Source: Candidatus Woesebacteria bacterium
Lineage (GTDB): Bacteria; Patescibacteriota; Microgenomatia; UBA8517
Direction of reading: 5' to 3'
Length of the DNA stretch: 64,000 nt
Assembly (NCBI GenBank): GCA_020060565.1
Contig: JAGVAE010000003.1
Coordinates: 20,072 to 84,071, forward strand
The notes below the pieces were generated by a model. It made no database searches. It had not been told where the DNA came from and saw nothing but the letters and a program-made list of their open reading frames with translations. The first letter of the stretch is position 1; every line of letters starts with the position of its first letter. The translations under genes and the position numbers were made by a program. Below, piece by piece: positions 57,674 through 64,000 of this stretch.

Positions 57674-59941
57674 ATGACTGTCCACCCAATTGTAGTTAAC
57701 TTCAAAGATATTGATAAGCATGATGTACCTCTGGTTGGAGGAAAGAGTGCAAACTTGGGAGAAATGATTAAAGCAGGTTTTCCAGTTCCATCTGGTTTTG
57801 CCATTACAATCAACGCCTACGACTCATTTTTAGAAGAAAATGAAGTATCAAAAAAAATATATGACATTCTAGCAACAACTGACGTTAACGATCCAGCCCA
57901 ACTTGAAAGCGCTTCAAAGAGAATCCAAAGAATGATAGAGTTATGTAAAATCCCCGATGATGTAGTCCAGGATGTCATTAAAGCCTACAAGAAGCTTTCG
58001 GGAGCATTTAAAAAGGCCTTGGTAGCTGTTAGGTCTTCTGCAACCGCGGAAGACTCAGGAAGTACCTCATTTGCGGGCCAACAAGCAAGTTTTCTTAATG
58101 TTCAAGGGGAGGCAAATTTATTAATGAGTGTTAAACAATGTTGGGCATCACTTTTTACAGCTCGCTCTATTTACTATCGTGTTGAAAATAAAATTAAACA
58201 CGAGACAGTTAAGATTTCAGTAATTGTACAAAAAATGGTTCAAAGTGAAGTCTCTGGAGTTATGTTTTCCATAGATCCTTCAAAAAACGATAAGGATAGA
58301 ATAATTATCGAATCCGTCTGGGGATTAGGAGAAATGATTGTTCAAGGAGCAGTCATTCCTGATAAATATGTAGTTCAAAAAGGAACATTTGATATTCTAT
58401 CAAAAGAAGTCTCGGATCAATCTATTCAACTGGTTGGAATAAAAGGTGGAAAAAACAAGGAAACTGAAGTCCCTCTAAATATTCGCGATAAGCAAAAGAT
58501 TACGGATGAAGAAATAATAAAACTGGCAAAAATTGCTGCAAAACTTCAGGAACATTATTATTTTCCACAGGACGCCGAATGGGCTAAGGAAAAGGGGGAA
58601 TTGTATATAGTTCAAACAAGACCAATTACAACAATTGCTCAAACTAATAAGACAGTAAAAATGGATAAAATGGATTTAAAAATTTCAGAAGTTCCAATTC
58701 TAAGTGGAGCCTCAGCTTCCCCAGGAGTAGGAACGGGTCCTGTTAAGATTTTAAAAAGTCCCAAGGAAATAAACATGCTGCAAAAGGGGGACGTATTAGT
58801 TGCACCCATGACATCTCCTGATTATGTACCTGCAATGAAAAAATCGGCTGCCATAATAACAGATGAAGGTGGTCAAACTTCTCATGCTGCAATTGTAAGT
58901 CGCGAACTTGGAATTCCCTGTGTGGTTGGCACCAAAACTGCAACCACAACCCTAAAAAATGGAATGATTGTAAGTGTTGATGGTGCATCTGGTAACATTT
59001 ATATGGGAGCTAAAGTCGCAGAAACCAATGTAAAAGAAGCTAAGAAAACTCCAACACGCTATAAGATTAAAACTGCAACTAAGGTATATGTAAACCTGGG
59101 GGAGCCAGAAAGGGCTGAGGAAATTGCCAAAATGCATGTAGATGGAGTGGGGCTTTTAAGGGCTGAGTTTATGATAGCCAACATAGGTATCCACCCCAAA
59201 GAAGCAATAAAACGAAAAGAGCAAGGAAAATTTGTAGAAAAACTGGCGAGAGATATTGAAAAATTCTGTAAAGCTTTTTATCCAAGACCTATTACATACC
59301 GTGCAACCGACTTTAAAACCAACGAGTATAGAAGTCTACCAGGTGGAAAATTTTGGGAGCCAGTTGAACCCAACCCAATGCTTGGCTTTAGGGGTGCGTT
59401 TAGGTATGTAAATAATCCCGAGGTGTTTAGTTTAGAGCTTGAAGCTATTAAAAAAGTGAGAGAGAAATTTGACAATCTTCATTTAATGATTCCATTTTGT
59501 AGATCTCCCGAAGAACTTGCTAAGGTGAGAAGATTGGTGGCTTCAGAAGGGCTTTTTGAAAGCACAACTTTTAAGTTTTTGATGATGTGTGAGATACCTA
59601 CGAACGTAATTCAGATAGAGGATTTTATAAAAGTAGGAATAGATGGAGTCTCAGTTGGCTCAAACGATTTAACAATGCTAATCCTTGGCACAGATCGTGA
59701 CAATGCTGATGTAGCTCAAGAATATAATGAAATTTCTCCAAGTGTACTTTGGGCATTGAAAAGAGTTATTAAAAAATGTGGACAGATGGGTGTAACTTGT
59801 TCAATTTGTGGGCAGGCTGCTTCAACCTACGAGGATTTGGTAAAAAAGCTAGTTAAGTGGGGAATTACATCCGTCTCAGTTAATCCAGATACCATAGATA
59901 GAACTCGAGAAATAGTAAAAAAGGCAGAGGAGGAAGTATAA
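57674..59941 (+). CDS. ppsA: Phosphoenolpyruvate synthase
   Basis: VGGKSANLGEM, VRSSATAED, QTRP, TSHAAIVSRE, GLLRAEF, EPNPMLGFRG, GSNDLT, CGQ. Confidence 0.95.
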   Translation: MTVHPIVVNFKDIDKHDVPLVGGKSANLGEMIKAGFPVPSGFAITINAYDSFLEENEVSKKIYDILATTDVNDPAQLESASKRIQRMIELCKIPDDVVQDVIKAYKKLSGAFKKALVAVRSSATAEDSGSTSFAGQQASFLNVQGEANLLMSVKQCWASLFTARSIYYRVENKIKHETVKISVIVQKMVQSEVSGVMFSIDPSKNDKDRIIIESVWGLGEMIVQGAVIPDKYVVQKGTFDILSKEVSDQSIQLVGIKGGKNKETEVPLNIRDKQKITDEEIIKLAKIAAKLQEHYYFPQDAEWAKEKGELYIVQTRPITTIAQTNKTVKMDKMDLKISEVPILSGASASPGVGTGPVKILKSPKEINMLQKGDVLVAPMTSPDYVPAMKKSAAIITDEGGQTSHAAIVSRELGIPCVVGTKTATTTLKNGMIVSVDGASGNIYMGAKVAETNVKEAKKTPTRYKIKTATKVYVNLGEPERAEEIAKMHVDGVGLLRAEFMIANIGIHPKEAIKRKEQGKFVEKLARDIEKFCKAFYPRPITYRATDFKTNEYRSLPGGKFWEPVEPNPMLGFRGAFRYVNNPEVFSLELEAIKKVREKFDNLHLMIPFCRSPEELAKVRRLVASEGLFESTTFKFLMMCEIPTNVIQIEDFIKVGIDGVSVGSNDLTMLILGTDRDNADVAQEYNEISPSVLWALKRVIKKCGQMGVTCSICGQAASTYEDLVKKLVKWGITSVSVNPDTIDRTREIVKKAEEEV

Positions 59942-59943
59942 AA

Positions 59944-61212
59944 ATGTCGCAAATCAAGCACATCTGGGCTAGGGAAATATTAGATTCCAGAGGAATTCCA
60001 ACAGTTGAGGCTGCATGCATGCTGGATAATGGTGGAGTATCAGTTTCATCAGTTCCTGCGGGAACATCAACTGGTAGCCATGAAGCTCTTGAACTTCGTG
60101 ATGTTGACAATCCCAGATATCTTGGCCAAGGGGTGTTAAAAGCAGTAGAAAACGTAAATGGAATATTGGGACGTTCCTTAATAGGACTGGACCCTACTAA
60201 TCAACAAACCATAGACAATAAATTAATTGAAGTTGACGCAACCGAGAATAAAAGTAAATATGGAGCAAACGCAATACTTGCCATCTCTGAAGCTGTTTTA
60301 AAGGGGGGGGCAACTGCAGTAAATCAACCCCTTTATGCCTGGATATATCAATTGGCGTCTCGTAATAAAATTACTTCAAATGTAAAAATTCCTACAGCTC
60401 TTTTTAATATGGTTAATGGTGGATTACATGGTGCGGGAAATCTAGACTTTCAGGAATTTTGGGTAGTTCCTGCTAGCAATAAAAGCTTTGCAGAAGGTCT
60501 TCAAATAGGGGTAGAGATATACCAAACAATAGGCTTGAATCTCTCAAGACGTGGTGCAATTCATTCAGTTGGACATGAAGGTGGATATGCACCAAACCTT
60601 TTCACAAACGCAGACGCGTTCGAAGTGTTTATTGAATCTATCAAGCAAACCAATTACTCACTGGGACGTGATGTTTTTCTAGGTCTTGATGTTGCCTCTA
60701 ACTCTTTTTATAAAGACGGAGAATATGTGATAAAAGATAAAAATGCAGCGATGGACGATAGTCAATTTTTAGAATATTACAAAAGTTTATACGATCAATA
60801 TAAATTAGCTATTATTGAAGACCCATATCAAGAAGATGCTTGGGATAGTTGGAAAAAGATGGTCAGCTCAATGGGAGATTCACTACTTGTGGTAGGGGAC
60901 GATTTGTTGGCTACAAATCCTAAAAGGGTTCAAAAAGCTATTTCAGAAAAAGCTTGTAATGCGGCAGTAATAAAACCAAACCAAATAGGTACAGTTACAG
61001 AAACATTAAATGTAATCAAAATGGTAAAGGATGCTGGTTGGAAAATAGTGGTCTCGCATAGATCAGGTGAAACAAACGATAGCTTCATAGCTGATTTTTC
61101 GGTTGGTGTTGCGGCTGACTACATAAAATCAGGTGCTCCAGCAAGGGGGGAAAGAGTAGCAAAGTATAATAGACTATCCTCAATTGAACTGGAGCTTTCA
61201 AGTATAAAATAA
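59944..61212 (+). CDS. eno: Enolase
   Basis: REILDSRGIPTVE, EALELRD, QEF, EGG, GDDL, KPNQIG, SHRSGET. Confidence 0.96.
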   Translation: MSQIKHIWAREILDSRGIPTVEAACMLDNGGVSVSSVPAGTSTGSHEALELRDVDNPRYLGQGVLKAVENVNGILGRSLIGLDPTNQQTIDNKLIEVDATENKSKYGANAILAISEAVLKGGATAVNQPLYAWIYQLASRNKITSNVKIPTALFNMVNGGLHGAGNLDFQEFWVVPASNKSFAEGLQIGVEIYQTIGLNLSRRGAIHSVGHEGGYAPNLFTNADAFEVFIESIKQTNYSLGRDVFLGLDVASNSFYKDGEYVIKDKNAAMDDSQFLEYYKSLYDQYKLAIIEDPYQEDAWDSWKKMVSSMGDSLLVVGDDLLATNPKRVQKAISEKACNAAVIKPNQIGTVTETLNVIKMVKDAGWKIVVSHRSGETNDSFIADFSVGVAADYIKSGAPARGERVAKYNRLSSIELELSSIK

Positions 61213-61213
61213 C

Positions 61214-62872
61214 ATGAACCCAGATTCATCAAAACTTGTTCTTTTAGTAGTACTTGATGGTTGGGGTTTGGCAGCTCCTGGTCCAGGTAATGCCATATCT
61301 CAAGGAAATATAGTGAATGTAAATAAGTTTTGGGCAAGCTATCCCCATACTCAACTAGAAGCCTCTGGAGAGGCGGTCGGTCTTCCGCGAGGAGAGGTGG
61401 GAAATACTGAAACAGGACACCTTAATTTGGGAGCGGGTCGTATAGTTTACCAGGATTTACTGCGTATTAATTTAAACGTTGCTGACGGAGTTTTTTTTCA
61501 AAATGAGACTCTAATAGCCGCAATTAACCATGCTAAACAAAATAAATCAAATCTTCATTTAATGGGATTAATGGGAGCCGGGGGGGTCCATAGTAACATT
61601 GAACACCTTTACGCTTTAATCGAACTTGCTAAAAAACAAAATTTCGACAGGCTTTACCTTCATCTTTTTACTGATGGTAGAGATTCCCCACCAACAGCAG
61701 CAAAAGTTTATTTATCCCAAATTAGAGAAGTTCTTGCTAAAGAAGAAATTGGTCAAATAGCAACTATAATGGGACGGTATTGGGCTATGGATCGAGATTT
61801 AAGATGGGATAGAACAGCAAAAGCTTATTTTGCTTTAACAAAAGAGCAAGGCCATCTAGTTAAGACACCTGAGGAAGCTATTGACATGTCCTACCCAGAA
61901 GGTAAAACCGACGAATTTATCGATCCCTCAATCGTAACAGACGTAAAAGGTGTACCACTTCCTAGAGTCAAGGATAATGATGCTGTTATATTTTTTAATT
62001 TTAGAATTGATAGACCTAGACAACTGTCTCGAGCTTTTGTATTTGACGACTTTAAAACTGCAAACGTAGCTGCTGGATTTGATCCTTACCAAGTAAAATA
62101 TACAAAAACGCACCTTCCAATTGAACCAAAAGATACACAAGAACCCTTTAATAGAGGGCAAAAGCTTCAGAATCTCTTCTTTGTTACCATGACCGAATAT
62201 AGTAAACAGATAACAATGGCAGGAGCCAAAGTCGCTTTTCCGCCAGAATCGGTAAAAATTCCCTTAGGAAGAGTAATATCTGAATCAGGATTTAGGCAAC
62301 TTAGAGTATCAGAAAGTGAAAAGGAGCGTTTTGTAACCTACTATTTTAATGGTCAGCATGAAATTCCTTTTGATGGAGAGGATAGAATGATAATACCTTC
62401 ACCAAAAGTAGCTACGTACGATCTTAAGCCAGAAATGAGCGCAATTGAAATAACTGATGCAATTTTGGCAAAATTAAAAGATTCCACGGATTATAAATTT
62501 ATTTTAGTCAATTTTGCTAATCCTGATATGGTGGGTCATACAGGTAACATTGGAGCAACTGCTAAAGCTTGTGAGGTTGTTGATGAATGTTTAGGAAAGC
62601 TAGCATCCTGGATACTCGCATATGGTGGTACACTTCTTGTTACAGGAGATCACGGGAATGCAGAAGAAATGATTGATTCAAGAACTGGACAGATCGAAAC
62701 CGAACATAATGATAACCCTGTTCCTTTTATTGCCATCTCAAAAAATCTTTTGGGTAAATCTCAAGTTCTTACATCTGGAATTTTAGCTGATATAGCTCCA
62801 ACCGTACTGAAAATACTTGGAATAAATGTACCCGCAAGTATGACAGGAAGAAATCTCCTTGATATTTTGTAA
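61214..62872 (+). CDS. gpmI: 2,3-BPG-independent phosphoglycerate mutase
   Basis: [38 protein letters not shown]. Confidence 0.95.
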   Translation: MNPDSSKLVLLVVLDGWGLAAPGPGNAISQGNIVNVNKFWASYPHTQLEASGEAVGLPRGEVGNTETGHLNLGAGRIVYQDLLRINLNVADGVFFQNETLIAAINHAKQNKSNLHLMGLMGAGGVHSNIEHLYALIELAKKQNFDRLYLHLFTDGRDSPPTAAKVYLSQIREVLAKEEIGQIATIMGRYWAMDRDLRWDRTAKAYFALTKEQGHLVKTPEEAIDMSYPEGKTDEFIDPSIVTDVKGVPLPRVKDNDAVIFFNFRIDRPRQLSRAFVFDDFKTANVAAGFDPYQVKYTKTHLPIEPKDTQEPFNRGQKLQNLFFVTMTEYSKQITMAGAKVAFPPESVKIPLGRVISESGFRQLRVSESEKERFVTYYFNGQHEIPFDGEDRMIIPSPKVATYDLKPEMSAIEITDAILAKLKDSTDYKFILVNFANPDMVGHTGNIGATAKACEVVDECLGKLASWILAYGGTLLVTGDHGNAEEMIDSRTGQIETEHNDNPVPFIAISKNLLGKSQVLTSGILADIAPTVLKILGINVPASMTGRNLLDIL

Positions 62873-62895
62873 TACAATCTATACTATTTCCTAAT

Positions 62896-63546
62896 ATGGA
62901 TATAATTTTATTTTTGATTGATTTTATTCTCCACATAGACGTTCATTTGGGAGAAATTATTTCCACTTACGGATTTGCAACTTATGCAATACTTTTTTTT
63001 ATAATATTTATAGAAACTGGTATTGTATTTACTCCATTTCTCCCTGGAGACTCACTTCTTTTTGCTGCAGGAGCATTTGCAGCCCTGGGATCTTTAAACA
63101 TAGTATCAATATTAATACTTTTAATAATTGCAGCAATCTTAGGAGACACCTGCAATTATTGGATAGGCCATTTTTTTGGAGAAAAGCTAGTAGCCAATCC
63201 AAAAGTACCTATAAACAAGAGCCATATCGAAGAAACCCAGAAATTTTTTGATAAGCATGGAGGCAAAACCATAATTCTTGCAAGGTTTGTTCCTATTGTC
63301 AGAACCTTTGCTCCGTTTGTTGCGGGCATAGGCAAAATGTCATACAAACACTTTATTTCCTATAACATCATAGGAGGAATCATTTGGGTTGTTGTTGCTA
63401 GCCTTGCAGGTTACTTCTTTGGTAATATTTCCTTTGTCAAGGAAAACTTTTCACTGATAATTTTTGCTGTAATTATTATTTCAGTTCTTCCCATGGCCAT
63501 CCCTATTGGAATTAAACTAACAAAGAGAATTATTAAAAGAATTTAA
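62896..63546 (+). CDS. dedA: DedA family membrane protein
   Basis: [27 protein letters not shown]. Confidence 0.93.
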   Translation: MDIILFLIDFILHIDVHLGEIISTYGFATYAILFFIIFIETGIVFTPFLPGDSLLFAAGAFAALGSLNIVSILILLIIAAILGDTCNYWIGHFFGEKLVANPKVPINKSHIEETQKFFDKHGGKTIILARFVPIVRTFAPFVAGIGKMSYKHFISYNIIGGIIWVVVASLAGYFFGNISFVKENFSLIIFAVIIISVLPMAIPIGIKLTKRIIKRI

Positions 63547-63599
63547 AATCTATAATATTCCTCAATAATCACATATAATACTCAAAATTGTGTTAGCTT

Positions 63600-63998
63600 A
63601 TGATAGAAAGAAATCAGGATTATATTGAAAAGCTGATTGGTATAAATGACGTTCGTGTTAGTGTGTCAACAGCTAAAGGAATGCTATTTATTGAACAACG
63701 TGAATTGGACAATAACCTACACCCAACTGAATATTCCTTTAGGTTTGAATTTCCCTACATAGAGAGTGCTGTCGAGAGTTTCGGCTCATCATCCGTTGCT
63801 TGGGGAGCCGTATCAAACCTTTTTCTCTCAGCGTCATTATTGTCGTGTACAACTGGAATCATTAACGAAAACTTTCACATTTTTACTCGACTCCTTTGTA
63901 TATGTTGTGGTTATAGTCTTTTTCGGTTGGGAATCAATACACTAAATTTTGCTCAATATGACATAAAAACTCTCTCCTGTTTAAATAAACATCATTAA
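63600..63998 (+). CDS. Hypothetical protein
   Basis: 132-aa ORF at the window end with a hydrophobic C-terminal half. Confidence 0.5.
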   Translation: MIERNQDYIEKLIGINDVRVSVSTAKGMLFIEQRELDNNLHPTEYSFRFEFPYIESAVESFGSSSVAWGAVSNLFLSASLLSCTTGIINENFHIFTRLLCICCGYSLFRLGINTLNFAQYDIKTLSCLNKHH

Positions 63999-64000
63999 AA

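Noticed and set aside
399-63347. Many 60-165 aa antisense or alternate-frame ORFs inside core genes
   Set aside because: Shadow ORFs fully overlapping confidently identified genes.
1-64000. CRISPR array, integrase, transposase, prophage, rRNA
   Set aside because: No regularly spaced 25-45 nt repeats, recombinase motifs, duplicated tRNA 3' ends or rRNA-like tracts were seen.
1-64000. Alternative genetic code (TGA = Gly)
   Set aside because: TGA ends conserved genes such as murE, murD, gatA and gatB at the expected positions.

Overview
AT-rich, gene-dense bacterial chromosome segment (standard code, TGA = stop). Gene content and style (fused and shortened Mur ligases, IleRS2, PolX-PHP, archaeal-type PGI/PMI, rare SD motifs) suggest a Patescibacteria/CPR genome, probably Microgenomates; this is an inference. 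Layout: dcw cluster (murE::glmU-N, murC::murB, murD, murI, ddl, murF, mraY, ftsW, murG, ftsQ, ftsA, ftsZ); ileS, rodA, rplU, rpmA, parB, lepB, a guaB/guaC-like gene; tRNA-Val; a frameshifted secreted lipase-like gene; a surface-glycan cluster; tRNA-Thr, tRNA-Gly and a tRNA-Asp(GUC) split by a 199-nt group I intron; polX, lemA, htpX, a putative TA pair, gatC-gatA-MFS-gatB, a GGDEF gene, dnaE, rplS, ruvC, holA-like; and sugar-phosphate/lower-glycolysis genes (pgm/pmm, pgi/pmi, ppsA, eno, gpmI). Top signals: (1) at least nine degenerate 7- or 8-nt tandem arrays with mostly different units, plus a REP-like element, read in frame inside core genes; (2) the anticodon (35/36) group I intron; (3) IleRS with swapped GVHH/PMHKS motifs; (4) -10 boxes 5-8 nt before many start codons, implying leaderless mRNAs, and self-promoted ORFans inserted into core operons, including an HhH-GPD-like gene between rplU and rpmA. 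All calls come from manual reading; no database search was run.
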